A stretch of DNA of 64,000 bases from Chthonomonadales bacterium (GCA_037443035.1 JBBIPC010000002.1:192001-256000); one strand, 5' to 3'. Positions 1-10,247 are shown, numbered from the stretch's first letter. Translations and numbers: made by a program. Notes: generated by a model not told the origin, from the sequence alone.

Positions 1-2
1 CG

Positions 3-722
3 GACGGCGCCACAGGCGTGGTGGCGCGGCTCATGAATCTCCAGCCACACCGCCTGCCGGCCACTGCCATGGAGGCGGAAGTCCCCCACCGGTGGGGGAC
101 TGGCCATGCCTCCCTGGAGCCCGATACAATCCATCTCGAGTTCGGCGCCGTGCCGAACGGCTATGCATGGGTCTTTCCTAACAGGGAGCGGCTCAACATC
201 GGCGCCGGCTTGTTCCGAGGATCGGCCGTGGCAGGCAACACCGTGCGCAAGCTACTGATGGGCGCAATGCAGGACTACGCCCGGTACCTGGGGATCGACA
301 TCCGCTGGGACGATGCCACCGTCCACGCTCATCCCGTGCCTCTATGGTCGGGCCGCAGCCGACTCCACGGAGCAGGCGGCCGGGTGCTCTTGGCAGGAGA
401 TGCAGCAGCGTTGGTGAACCCCCTCTTTGGAGATGGTATCCACAACGCCATCCGCTCCGGTCGAATCGCGGTGGAGTGCATCCTCTCCGGTCGACCTGCA
501 GAGTACAGCGACCGCGTGCACACGAGCCTCGGGGTGGACCTTCGTGCAGCGTCCCGACTGGCTTCGTTCTTCTACCGGTTCCCGAAGGAGTGCTACAGCC
601 TGGCTATCATGCGCCCTGGTGCCGCTCGTATCGCTGCGCGTCTGCTCAACGGTGACATGAGCTATCGCGAGCTTGTCCCTCGCGTCATGCGGCGTATCGT
701 TCGCGCGCTGGCTACTTCCTGA
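3..722 (+). CDS. Geranylgeranyl reductase-family FAD-dependent oxidoreductase (5' truncated by window edge)
   Basis: The frame is open from base 3 (DGATGVVAR, the GADG..S.VAR motif). It contains GYAWVFP, NIGAG and LLAGDAAALVNPLFGDGIHNAIRSGRIA, typical of the GGR family. Confidence 0.85.
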   Translation, partial: DGATGVVARLMNLQPHRLPATAMEAEVPHRWGTGHASLEPDTIHLEFGAVPNGYAWVFPNRERLNIGAGLFRGSAVAGNTVRKLLMGAMQDYARYLGIDIRWDDATVHAHPVPLWSGRSRLHGAGGRVLLAGDAAALVNPLFGDGIHNAIRSGRIAVECILSGRPAEYSDRVHTSLGVDLRAASRLASFFYRFPKECYSLAIMRPGAARIAARLLNGDMSYRELVPRVMRRIVRALATS

Positions 723-725
723 ACG

Positions 726-1802
726 TCACTCGCGCCAGTCAGCAACGAAGACGTTCGTCTCACGACTCCTGCCAGTTCGGTTGGAACACCACAGAAGCCG
801 TCTTCCGTCCGGGCTGAACATGGGGAACGAGTCGAACTCCCCGCCATAGGTGACTCGCTCCAGACCCGTGCCGTCAACATTGACAAGGAACAGGTCGAAC
901 ATACGCCCTGCCGGGTCGTGATGGTTGCTCGAGAAGATGATGCGCTTGCCATCGGAAGCGAAGAACGGCGCGAAGCTCGCTCCCTGGAGATTCGTGACTT
1001 GGCGTGGTTGAGAACCATCCGCGCGGGCCACCCAGATGTCCATCCGACTCGGTTTCACCAGTTCCTGCGCAAGCAGTGAGCGGTATTCCGTCTCCTCTTC
1101 GTGGTTCTGTGGATACCGTGCGCGCCATACGATCATCCGGCCGTCCGGAGAATAGAACGGGCCGCCATCGTAGCCCAGGCGGTGCGTCAGGCGACGTACA
1201 TCGCTTCCATCCGTACGCATGGAGTAGATCTCGAGATCGCCATCCATGCTCGAAGTGAAGATGATGCGCTTCCCATCTGGTGACACAGTGGCCTCGGCAT
1301 AGTACGCTGTCGGCACACCCGGTGCGACCTTCTGAGGTAGGAGCGGCCGCGCATCCGACCCATCCGCCTTGGCGCGATAGATGGCGTAGCGGTTCCACAC
1401 CGGCCATACATATCCTCGGGAGCGGTCCGGCGGTGGCGGCGGCTCCGGGCTGAAGCCCTCCGTGCTCGAATACAGAATCTCCTTGTCACCTTTCAGGAAG
1501 TAACCACAGGTACAGCGTCCGAGACCACTCGATACGCGCCGTTCTCCGGAGCCGTCGGCGTTCATGGTGAACATCTGGTCCGCCTTCATGTCACCGCGCC
1601 GGACCTGACAGATGATCTGCTTGCCGGAGAAACTCCAGTAAGCCTCTGCGTAGCCACCGCCCGCAGTGAGCTTCCGCACGTTGGTGAGGTGGATCTCCCG
1701 ATCGTCGCGGAGCGTTGGCAAGGGACCGGACGGCTGTTGCCTCGCACCTCCGAGGATCGGCACTGTCATTAGGCCGATCAGGACCCCCAGGCGCCTGATC
1801 AA
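726..1802 (-). CDS. Secreted PD40/TolB-like beta-propeller protein
   Basis: Signal peptide followed by repeated SPDGKRIIF / YSPDGRMIVW / FSPDGRRLLW PD40 motifs. ATGA overlap with the upstream peptidase gene. Confidence 0.85.
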   Translation of the reverse strand: MIRRLGVLIGLMTVPILGGARQQPSGPLPTLRDDREIHLTNVRKLTAGGGYAEAYWSFSGKQIICQVRRGDMKADQMFTMNADGSGERRVSSGLGRCTCGYFLKGDKEILYSSTEGFSPEPPPPPDRSRGYVWPVWNRYAIYRAKADGSDARPLLPQKVAPGVPTAYYAEATVSPDGKRIIFTSSMDGDLEIYSMRTDGSDVRRLTHRLGYDGGPFYSPDGRMIVWRARYPQNHEEETEYRSLLAQELVKPSRMDIWVARADGSQPRQVTNLQGASFAPFFASDGKRIIFSSNHHDPAGRMFDLFLVNVDGTGLERVTYGGEFDSFPMFSPDGRRLLWCSNRTGRSRETNVFVADWRE

Positions 1803-3613
1803 CGCACCGACTCCGCCAGTGTCAGCGTCACGGTAATCTCCTCGGCACCGCGCTTGACGGTCACTTCGACCTTCTCGCCCGGTTTCCGATCAGCGAGGAC
1901 CGCCATGTACTCCTCGATGTTGCGAATGGACTTGCCGGCGATGCGGATAACGATGTCACCGACCTTCACGCCAGCTTTCTCTGCGGGTCCTCCGGATCGG
2001 AGACCACCGACCGGCACTCCGGCCACCTCGGCGCTGTACTCGGGCATGATGCCCAGCGACGCTCCCGAACGCCTGGGCGGGCCACCACCCGGGCGCTCCG
2101 CCTGGATCCTGACGAACTCAGGGCGTTTGGGGTCTTCCGCGACCCTTGTCGCAATGTCCGCCACCATCTGGACAATCCGTGTCTCGTCCCACATGTTGAT
2201 CTTGTCGAAGGTGTCGCTGGGTCTGTGGTAGTCCGGATGGGTGCCTGTGAAGAAGAAGAGTACCGGCACGCCTGCGTTGTAGAAGGACTGGTGGTCGCTA
2301 CCGCCGAACCCGGCATTGCTCCTGGCAAGCTGGAAGGATGCCGTCTTGTTCACCTCGTCCAGGATGCCGTTCCAGACCGGTGACGTTCCCACCCCGATGG
2401 CGCTGACCTTGTTATCCTTGGCCCGTCCTATCATGTCCAGGTTCAGCATGGCCACAGTCTTCTCCAAGGGCACGATGGGGTTCTTGGTGTAATGGATTGA
2501 ACCCAAGAGACCAAGTTCCTCGCCCGAGAACGCCATGAAGAGCATGCTGCGCTTGGGACGTACTGGGAGCGACGCGAAGTACTCCGCCAGGGCCATCATC
2601 CCGGCTGTGCCCGATGCGTTGTCGTCGGCGCCATAGTGGATGGCCGGTTTGTTGACCGGGTTCAGGGAGCCTGCACCGCCAAGCCCCAGGTGATCCATAT
2701 GAGCGCCTATGACGAGGTACTCTTTGGCAAGCTCGGGATCGGAGCCTGGCAATAGTCCGATGATGTTTGCCGTTGGCTCTTCCCGCGTGGCGACTTCAGT
2801 CGCAACGGCAGCTTGGACGGGTAGCTCCACCGACGCCGGTGTCTCGGATAGGGTCTTCTCGATTTCGGCCAGGTTCTTGCCTGCAGCGCGGAGCCACTCC
2901 TCGGCGACGGCACGCCTTACCATCAGAACGGGTAGGCCGCTGTTGCCTGGTCGTGCGGAAGCGTTGAAGGTGGGTTGCTCCTTCTCATTCGCGAGTGCAA
3001 CGACAAGCGCGGCCGCGCCGGCATCTCGTGCGGCCTGCACCTTACGCTGCAGCTCCATCCCGCGGAATCGTCCGCGACGCTCCGGCTGCTCAGGCGACAT
3101 GACCGCCAGCGCGATCTTCCCTTTGGCATCCACGCCGGCATAGTCATCCCGAGCGCCCGTGGTGTTGCCATAGCCCACGAACACGACGGGTCCCTTGGCC
3201 GTTCCGGTGGACGCGCTAGATGCCGGCTCGAAGTCCTTGCTCAGGCGGTAGCGTTTCGTCTGACCTGAAATGACGGCTTCTAGCGAGTTCGCTTTGCCTC
3301 GTTGAGAACCAGCAATGAACGCGAATGGCTGGAAGTAGCCACTGCCATTCAGCTTGGCGTTCGGGTCACGCTGTTTGCTCGTCCCCAACGGCACGAGGCC
3401 GATGTGCCGGAAGTGCTCGGCGATATAGCGTGCCGCTATCTCGTTTCCCTTCTCCCCCGTGCGCCGCCCCTGACATTCGTCGCCAGCAAGGAACTGCAGA
3501 TGAGGTGAGATCAGCGATTCCGTGATCGCTACGGGTTTCCGTACGTCTGCCAGCGTCGCACCTACGGAAATCGCCAGGAATGCCAGCGTGGCACGCAGTG
3601 TCCAATGACGCAT
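1799..3613 (-). CDS. M28-family aminopeptidase with PA and C-terminal PDZ domains
   Basis: Metal-binding motifs GAHMDHLG, GADDNASG, FSGEELGLLGS, NLDMIGR, SDH and DYH. PDZ motif SLGI..GGPAEKAGVKVGDIV. Start placed at MRHWTLR (signal peptide). Confidence 0.9.
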   Translation of the reverse strand: MRHWTLRATLAFLAISVGATLADVRKPVAITESLISPHLQFLAGDECQGRRTGEKGNEIAARYIAEHFRHIGLVPLGTSKQRDPNAKLNGSGYFQPFAFIAGSQRGKANSLEAVISGQTKRYRLSKDFEPASSASTGTAKGPVVFVGYGNTTGARDDYAGVDAKGKIALAVMSPEQPERRGRFRGMELQRKVQAARDAGAAALVVALANEKEQPTFNASARPGNSGLPVLMVRRAVAEEWLRAAGKNLAEIEKTLSETPASVELPVQAAVATEVATREEPTANIIGLLPGSDPELAKEYLVIGAHMDHLGLGGAGSLNPVNKPAIHYGADDNASGTAGMMALAEYFASLPVRPKRSMLFMAFSGEELGLLGSIHYTKNPIVPLEKTVAMLNLDMIGRAKDNKVSAIGVGTSPVWNGILDEVNKTASFQLARSNAGFGGSDHQSFYNAGVPVLFFFTGTHPDYHRPSDTFDKINMWDETRIVQMVADIATRVAEDPKRPEFVRIQAERPGGGPPRRSGASLGIMPEYSAEVAGVPVGGLRSGGPAEKAGVKVGDIVIRIAGKSIRNIEEYMAVLADRKPGEKVEVTVKRGAEEITVTLTLAESVR

Positions 3614-3624
3614 GAGTGTGCTCC

Positions 3625-4425
3625 TTATCTTGTTGCGCCTGAAGGTCGCTGATCCGTCTCGGGCCACCAGTCCCGCAGCACCGGCAGCAGCGTCGTAGCC
3701 GTCATGTCCACCTGGATGGGGGTAACGGCGATGCGTCCCTTCCGAACTGCCGCAATGTCCGTGGTCTCGTCGGTCTCGTCGTCCTTCAGGACCCCCGATA
3801 GCCAGTAATACTCCTGTCCCCGAGGATCCTTACGCACAACTATACGGTCGGTGTATTCTCGCCGTCCCTGTGTTGTCACCGCAACCCCGCGAATGCTCTC
3901 ACCGGGCAAGTCCGGTACGTTCACGTTGAGCAATGTGTAGGGAGGCAGCCCATGCCCGAGGATTCTCGTCGCAAGCTCGCACGCGAATTCGGCCGCGGGA
4001 CTCCAGTTCTGCACGCCTCCATTTCCACTGACAACGGAGACTGCGACCGTTGGTATACCCAGTATGGCTGCTTCCAACGCTGCCATGACAGTCCCGCTGT
4101 ACGTGATGTCCCAACCGAGGTTCGCGCCCTCGTTAATGCCCGCGAACGCCAGGTCCACGCGCTGTTGCATGACAACGTCATAGGCCAGCGACACACAGTC
4201 GGTCGGCGTGCCGTTCGACGACCATGCGCGCGAACCGTCTCCCAGGGTGATTTCGGCCAGACGAAGCGGCTTATGGAGTGTTACGGCATGGCCAATGGCG
4301 CTCCGCGGCCGCTCGGGCGCCACGACGAACGTATCCCCTACCGCGGCTAGTGCCTGTCTGAGCGCCAGAAGGCCCGGTGCTCCGATGCCATCGTCGTTCG
4401 TGATGAGAATCCGCGGCCTGCTCAT
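3625..4425 (-). CDS. surE: 5'/3'-nucleotidase SurE
   Basis: Motifs ILITNDDGIGAPGL, GTPTDCV and GINEGANLG..YSGTV. Start at MSRPRIL. Confidence 0.95.
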   Translation of the reverse strand: MSRPRILITNDDGIGAPGLLALRQALAAVGDTFVVAPERPRSAIGHAVTLHKPLRLAEITLGDGSRAWSSNGTPTDCVSLAYDVVMQQRVDLAFAGINEGANLGWDITYSGTVMAALEAAILGIPTVAVSVVSGNGGVQNWSPAAEFACELATRILGHGLPPYTLLNVNVPDLPGESIRGVAVTTQGRREYTDRIVVRKDPRGQEYYWLSGVLKDDETDETTDIAAVRKGRIAVTPIQVDMTATTLLPVLRDWWPETDQRPSGATR

Positions 4426-4521
4426 GTGCTCCCCACACGAGGTATCGCGGGTACGAGTATCCAGTGAGGGCATGGGAAGGCAGACTGGGTGGCATCGTTG
4501 GTTGGCATTGGCGTGGCGTCA

Positions 4522-5856
4522 TTATACCGACGAACGGTCGTCACTACGTGCCATACGCGAACTCTGCCGGCGGTAATCGCGCATGGAGACCAACTGCAAG
4601 GCAACGCCACCGAGCATGATCACCTCAGCGACGAGGAAGGCACGTTTCGCGCCAAGAAGGTGGAAGAGCGGTATTGCGCAATGCGGAGCGATACTGCCCC
4701 GAATTCCGAAGAAGCTGGAGTGCAGCGCCTGGTACTGCGCCGCGCGCCCTGGTTCCGCAAAGAGCAGTGTGGTGTTCAGGTACCCCAGCTCGATGGCTGA
4801 CATGGCGATTCCACCGGCGGCAGCGGCGAGGCGGAGATACTCCACGCGCGGCGCGAACGCGTACGTGATGGGCATGGTGCACACGACCCCGATGGCGATG
4901 AGGACCGTCACAAGAGGTCCCTTCCGGTCCATGAACGGCCCCCAGAAGAAGAACCCGGCGATCGTCGCCGCCGCCGCAACGTTCTGGAGATTGGCTACTT
5001 CGGTGTTGGTGATGGCGAATCGGTCCACCTGGTAGATCGGATAGAGGGTGGTCGCCACGATATTGCCAAATCCGTAGACAAAAACCGAAGCCGTGAACCA
5101 GCGATAGCCTGGGTTGCGTCGCAAGATGTCCAGGGTGTCCCGCAGAAACTCCAGTGTGGAGACCGAATCGCGCTCTGATTCTGGGCCTGCATGTACGGGT
5201 ATACGACTGAACGTCCATGCACTCAGTGCCCCGAATGCGCCACCCACGAAGAAGACGGCACGCCACCCTGCGCCCGCATCCATGAGGCGACCGGCAATGA
5301 GCGCTGTTGCCAGTGTCACGATGTTCAGCACGATTCGGACCACGCTCATGAGGCGTCCGCGTAGCTCGTCCGGGTAGATGTCCTTCATGACGGCAGTGTA
5401 GGCGGGAGACGACACGGAAAAGATGACCGGCGTGGCACACACAAGTAGCACGAACTGTTCTCTGCTACGAACGAATGGGCTCAACATGAAGAGCCCGCGG
5501 GCAACCAGCCACGTCCAGTAGACGAATGGCAGCTTCGCACGTCCCTCCATCTGGCGGGCCCAGATGGTCGCGAACACGTAGCCCAGAGCCGGCGCGGACG
5601 CCAGCCAGCCCATCTGGCTAGCCGTCGCCTGCATCTCGGCTCTGGCGATCCTCCCGACGAAGGTCCACACACAACCGAGGTACACGCCGGCGCATGCGCC
5701 CGTCGCCATATCCCAGAGCCACGCACGGCGCGTCGTGTCCGGTAGTTCTGGCAGACGTGGCCGCGGGACGAAACGTGATAGTGCCAATCGCAAGGAGTTC
5801 GTTCTCAGACAGACAACACCGGCGTGCCCGACAACCGCCGCACGCCGGTGATGCAT
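4522..5856 (-). CDS. MFS transporter
   Basis: About 12 hydrophobic segments, with MFS-like motifs YPDELRGRLMS and WGPFMDRKG. The exact start is uncertain. Confidence 0.85.
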   Translation of the reverse strand: MHHRRAAVVGHAGVVCLRTNSLRLALSRFVPRPRLPELPDTTRRAWLWDMATGACAGVYLGCVWTFVGRIARAEMQATASQMGWLASAPALGYVFATIWARQMEGRAKLPFVYWTWLVARGLFMLSPFVRSREQFVLLVCATPVIFSVSSPAYTAVMKDIYPDELRGRLMSVVRIVLNIVTLATALIAGRLMDAGAGWRAVFFVGGAFGALSAWTFSRIPVHAGPESERDSVSTLEFLRDTLDILRRNPGYRWFTASVFVYGFGNIVATTLYPIYQVDRFAITNTEVANLQNVAAAATIAGFFFWGPFMDRKGPLVTVLIAIGVVCTMPITYAFAPRVEYLRLAAAAGGIAMSAIELGYLNTTLLFAEPGRAAQYQALHSSFFGIRGSIAPHCAIPLFHLLGAKRAFLVAEVIMLGGVALQLVSMRDYRRQSSRMARSDDRSSV

Positions 5857-5930
5857 GTTACCTCCTTCCTCGCCGGAGTGTGGCAGTGGGCATGATCGGT
5901 TGTCGAAAAGCCAAGGTCAGCTCGGCCAAG

Positions 5931-6680
5931 CTATGCAGCGTCGTACCCCGTCAGTGGGCGATACCAGATGTTCCGAAAGCGTACGAGGTCTCCGTGATCC
6001 TGGAGCTCCAGGGGCCCCACTGGTGGGTGAGGGGTATACCGGCCAACGACGCGGTGATTCGTCGCGCCGATGGGTTCAGTATGGTTGTGGACGACGACAC
6101 CATTGTGGAGGACCGTGACGCAGGCGGGCTTGACCAACGTCTCGCCGTCGAATCGCGGAGCTTCCCAGATGATGTCGTAGGTCTGCCACTCCCCGGGCTG
6201 TCTGCATACGTTTACCAGAGGGGGATACTGGCCGTAGATGGCGGCAGTGGTGCCGTCCGGATAGGTGGGGTTGTCGTAGCAGTCCAGCACCTGGATCTCG
6301 TACAGGCCCATGAGGAACACCCCGCTATTACCACGTCCCTGTCCGTCGCCCTTGACGACCGCAGGGGCGGCCCATTCGATGTGGAGCTGACAGTCGCCGA
6401 AGTGCTCTCGCGTGCGGATGTTCCCCGCGCCGGGGACCACTTCCATGTACCCGTGCTCTACTCGCCAGCCCGCGGGTCCTCCTTTCACGCTCTGCCAAGC
6501 GTCCAGCCCCGTGCCATCGAAGAGAATGATCGCGTCGGATGGAGGCGATCCCGCCGCCTCCTGTGTACTGAGTAGTGGCGGCGTCACGATGGGAGGTTGT
6601 GGGCGTCGCCCGTCGTGCACGCGATAGGGACTGTTCGGCAAGAAGGGTGTGTCGTCGTAGCCCAAGTGGGTGGATGCCAT
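5931..6680 (-). CDS. DUF1080 (3-keto-disaccharide hydrolase family) protein
   Basis: Motifs LFDGTGLDAW, FGDCQLHIEW, GNSGVFL, YEIQVLD and LQDHGDLVRFRNIW. Confidence 0.92.
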   Translation of the reverse strand: MASTHLGYDDTPFLPNSPYRVHDGRRPQPPIVTPPLLSTQEAAGSPPSDAIILFDGTGLDAWQSVKGGPAGWRVEHGYMEVVPGAGNIRTREHFGDCQLHIEWAAPAVVKGDGQGRGNSGVFLMGLYEIQVLDCYDNPTYPDGTTAAIYGQYPPLVNVCRQPGEWQTYDIIWEAPRFDGETLVKPACVTVLHNGVVVHNHTEPIGATNHRVVGRYTPHPPVGPLELQDHGDLVRFRNIWYRPLTGYDAA

Positions 6681-6804
6681 GAACCGGACCTCCGTAGTGA
6701 AGTGCTCGTGTCTGTTCGCCGTTCGACGCGGGTTTTCCTTTATCCCCCAAGTGTCCCGCGGATACGCGCAGGAAGAGATCTGCCCCTTGCTGAAATGACA
6801 TTAC

Positions 6805-7896
6805 ATGCGCTACTCCAAGGAGGTTCACGTCACCGTGTTCGGCTCACTTTCCAGTCTTGCATTTCTCCGGGATGCCCGGTCGCGACGCGCTTCGAGTTAC
6901 GATCAGACGGGTGGAAATGAGGACTTTCTCCTATTTGCACCTGGCGAGACCAAAGAGATCATGCGATCTGCTGGTGCAGGATGCATCCGCCATATCTGGA
7001 TGACGACCGCGGGCAAGGAGGAAGCTCTGCTGCGCCGGTGGGTCATCCGCATGTACTGGGATGGCGAGACATCTCCTAGCGTGGAAGCGCCTCTGGGCGA
7101 TTTCTTCGGCATGGGATTCGGCATCTCGCGCAACTTCGTCTCGGCCCCCTTGCAGATGGGACCGAGCGACGGCCGTGGCATGAACTGCTGGTTCCCCATG
7201 CCGTACTCGGAAGGCGCCACGGTAACGATCACGAACGATGGTGACGAGACGAACGCGCTGTACTACTACGTGGACTACGAGGAATTCGATAGGTTGGCAG
7301 ATGGGATGGCCCGGTTCCACGCCCAATGGCGCAGGGAGAATCCAACGGATGGCTGGATGCATCCGTCCAGACGCCAGGAGTTCCAAGCCGACGTCTGGAG
7401 GACCTGGAAAGCGCCCGAAGCGCTCAACCCCACAGGCCAGGGAAACTATGTGATTCTCGAAGCGGAAGGACGTGGCCACTACGTCGGCTGCAACTTGCAC
7501 ATAGATGTTTTCGAGCGGCAGGTGAACGACTGGTACGGTGAAGGGGATGATATGATTTTCGTGGACGGCGAGCCGTTTCCGACTCTCCACGGCACCGGCA
7601 CCGAGGACTACTTCTGCATGGCGTATTGTCCCCAGACGGAGTACTCAGCGCCCTATCACGGGCTCATCCTTTACAGTGGTACGCCGGACTGGCCGTGGAA
7701 GGGGAAGAACTCCATGTACCGTTACCACATCGAAGACCCCATCCTCTTCCAGAAGTCCATACGTGTCACTATCGAGCACGGGCATGCCAACAAACTGAGC
7801 AACGACTACAGCAGCACGGCCTACTGGTATCAGCTTGAACCGCATCGCCCGTTCCCTCCTTTCCCTCATGTCTCGCTCCGTCTTCCACGACCGTGA
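6805..7896 (+). CDS. Glycoside hydrolase family 172 (DUF2961)
   Basis: Motifs SSYDQTGGNED, GCIRHIWMT, PLGDFFG, WYGEGDDMIFVDG, GTGTEDYF and IEHGHAN. Confidence 0.9.
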   Translation: MRYSKEVHVTVFGSLSSLAFLRDARSRRASSYDQTGGNEDFLLFAPGETKEIMRSAGAGCIRHIWMTTAGKEEALLRRWVIRMYWDGETSPSVEAPLGDFFGMGFGISRNFVSAPLQMGPSDGRGMNCWFPMPYSEGATVTITNDGDETNALYYYVDYEEFDRLADGMARFHAQWRRENPTDGWMHPSRRQEFQADVWRTWKAPEALNPTGQGNYVILEAEGRGHYVGCNLHIDVFERQVNDWYGEGDDMIFVDGEPFPTLHGTGTEDYFCMAYCPQTEYSAPYHGLILYSGTPDWPWKGKNSMYRYHIEDPILFQKSIRVTIEHGHANKLSNDYSSTAYWYQLEPHRPFPPFPHVSLRLPRP

Positions 7897-7925
7897 GACG
7901 TCGCCCATCCGGGTTCGACCAAAGC

Positions 7926-7956
7926 TTGACAGAGCTCCGCGTAACCATGGTATGAT
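7926..7956 (+). promoter_or_regulatory. Putative sigma70 promoter of glnA
   Basis: TTGACA, a 19-nt spacer and an extended -10 (TGg-TATGAT). Confidence 0.55.
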
Positions 7957-8165
7957 GAGAATGTGCAGCGGGTCCACGACAGGCCCGTGACAATGAATCG
8001 AAACAGACCTGGCCACACTGCCGTGTTCGGGTCGAGAAAGCACGCTCCCAGAGCGTCCGATGGCGGACGGATGGGGGCGTTTCTTCTTCTGGTTTCCAAA
8101 GGAGGTGCAGTCGGCCAACTCCTGCAGAAGCCTATCTTCGCACAAGCAAAGGAGAACCCTAGAAC

Positions 8166-9581
8166 ATGACACCCAAGGAAGTCATCGAGCTGGCCATCGA
8201 GCGTGAGGCCAAGGTTGTGGACGTTCGCTTCGTAGATCTGCCGGGTGTGTGGCAGCATTTCGCGATGCCGCTTTCTGCCTTCACGGAAGACGTGTTCGAG
8301 GACGGCATCGGCTTCGATGGCTCGTCCATACGCGGCTTTCAGAAGATCAACGAGTCGGACATGCTGCTAATACCCGACCCAGACACGGCCTTCATGGATC
8401 CCTTCACTGAGGTGCCGCAGCTCGACATCATCTGCGACATCGAGGACCCCATCACCCGCGAACGGTACAGCCGAGACCCGCGCCAGGTTGCGAAGAAGGC
8501 GGAAGCGTACCTCCGCGGAACAGGCCTGGCCGACGTGGCTTACTTCGGACCGGAGGCAGAGTTCTACATCTTCAGCGATATCCGCTACGACACTACCCCC
8601 AACAGTGGCTATTACTTCATTGACAGTGACGAGGGCATATGGAACTCCGGTCGCGATGAGAAGCCAAACCTCGGCTACAAGATCCGTTACAAGGGCGGCT
8701 ATTTCCCTGTGCCCCCAACGGACACGCTCCAGGACCTCCGAACGGAGATGATGCTCACCCTCATCGAGGCTGGTGTGCAGAGCGAGGTGCAGCACCACGA
8801 AGTCGGCACGGCGGGTCAGAGCGAGATAGACATAAAGTATGGCCCGCTCCTCTACACCGCCGACGCGCTCATGAAGTTCAAGTACATCGTCAAGAATGTC
8901 GCATGGCAGAACGGCTATACCGTGACGTTCATGCCAAAGCCCCTCTTCCAGGACAACGGCTCCGGCATGCACTGCCATCAGTCGCTCTGGAAAGAGGGGA
9001 GCAACGTCTTCTACGACGAGAAGGGCTATGCAGGTCTCTCCGAGACTGCCATCTACTACATCGGCGGCCTGCTGAAACATGCGCCTGCCATCCTCGCCTT
9101 TGCAGCTCCGTCAACCAACTCCTACCGGCGGCTGGTCCCGGGTTACGAGGCCCCCATCAACCTCATCTACTCGCAGCGCAACCGGTCGGCGTGCATTCGC
9201 ATCCCCATGTACTCCCGCTCGCCCAAGGCCAAGCGTATCGAGTTTCGCGCACCGGATCCTTCGGCCAACCCGTACCTCGCATTCCCGGCGATGCTCATGG
9301 CGGGGCTCGACGGCATCGAGAACCGCATCCTGCCGCCCGATCCCATTGACAAGGACCTCTACGAGATGGAACCAGAGGAGCGCCACGGCATCAAGATGAC
9401 GCCTGGTAGCTTGCAAGAGTCCCTCGACGCTCTGGAGGCGGACCATGACTTCCTGTTGAAGGGAGATGTCTTCACCAGGGACCTGCTCGAAGAGTACGTC
9501 GCCTACAAGCGGAAGAACGAAGTGGACGCCGTTGCGTTGAGGCCTCACCCCCACGAGTTCTACCTCTATTACGACATCTGA
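8166..9581 (+). CDS. glnA: Glutamine synthetase type I
   Basis: Motifs [53 protein letters not shown] and [17 protein letters not shown]. The adenylylation-site Tyr is present (KDLYEM). Confidence 0.98.
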   Translation: MTPKEVIELAIEREAKVVDVRFVDLPGVWQHFAMPLSAFTEDVFEDGIGFDGSSIRGFQKINESDMLLIPDPDTAFMDPFTEVPQLDIICDIEDPITRERYSRDPRQVAKKAEAYLRGTGLADVAYFGPEAEFYIFSDIRYDTTPNSGYYFIDSDEGIWNSGRDEKPNLGYKIRYKGGYFPVPPTDTLQDLRTEMMLTLIEAGVQSEVQHHEVGTAGQSEIDIKYGPLLYTADALMKFKYIVKNVAWQNGYTVTFMPKPLFQDNGSGMHCHQSLWKEGSNVFYDEKGYAGLSETAIYYIGGLLKHAPAILAFAAPSTNSYRRLVPGYEAPINLIYSQRNRSACIRIPMYSRSPKAKRIEFRAPDPSANPYLAFPAMLMAGLDGIENRILPPDPIDKDLYEMEPEERHGIKMTPGSLQESLDALEADHDFLLKGDVFTRDLLEEYVAYKRKNEVDAVALRPHPHEFYLYYDI

Positions 9582-9605
9582 GCCTCTCGCACGGAGATCG
9601 TGCTG

Positions 9606-9637
9606 TGTGGCCTGCGTCCACGGATGCAGGCCACACG
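9606..9637 (+). terminator. Hairpin after glnA
   Basis: Inverted repeat gtgtggcctgcgtcc / ggatgcaggccacac, with no strong U-tract. Confidence 0.5.
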
Positions 9638-9687
9638 CACTTGCGCTGATGTATAATCCTCCCCGATAGGAGGTCCTCCCTCCGGAC

Positions 9688-10026
9688 ATGAAGCGCATCG
9701 AGTGTATCATCCGCCCGCATAAGCTCGACGAAGTCAAGATCGCCCTCGGGGAGATTGGCGTCACTGGCATGACGGTTACTGATGTCCGTGGTTCCGGGCG
9801 CCATCGAGGCCATCGGGAGAGTTTCCTAGGTGCCGACTACGCCATTGACCTACCAACCAAGGTCAAGATCGAGATGATCGTCCGTGATGAGGACGTGGAA
9901 GAGATCATCGAGACTGTACTGGCACACGCCTGGACAGGCGAGAAGGGCGACGGGAAGATCTTCGTCTTGCCCATGGAAGATGCCATCCGCATTCGTACAG
10001 CCGAGAGCGGCGACGAAATCCTCTGA
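9688..10026 (+). CDS. glnB: P-II family nitrogen regulator
   Basis: 112 aa with IIRPHKLDEVK, T-loop Y51, K58, TGEKGDGKIF and RIRT. SD AGGAGG and a TATAAT at 9652-9657. Confidence 0.92.
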   Translation: MKRIECIIRPHKLDEVKIALGEIGVTGMTVTDVRGSGRHRGHRESFLGADYAIDLPTKVKIEMIVRDEDVEEIIETVLAHAWTGEKGDGKIFVLPMEDAIRIRTAESGDEIL

Positions 10027-10247
10027 GCCAAGGCTGAGATGGGGCGCCTGCAGTCTATGGCATACACTTCCGCGTGCCTGGCTGCATTCTACGCTATGCA
10101 AACCGCAAGAGTTTCTAGCACCAAGTGCAGGAGCTTGGTAACCAGGCAGCGAAGAGTATTCATGGCAACGCGCGGTCGTGCTCCGCAGCCTGCTGATGAC
10201 CCGCTTCGCGAAGCAACAAGGAAAGGAGTATTCCATTGGGCAACAGA

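Noticed and set aside
10027..10235. Intergenic regions (also 35580-35750 and 55660-55870) examined for tRNA or riboswitches
   Set aside because: No cloverleaf, T-loop or known riboswitch consensus was recognisable by eye. An Infernal search would be needed to exclude them.
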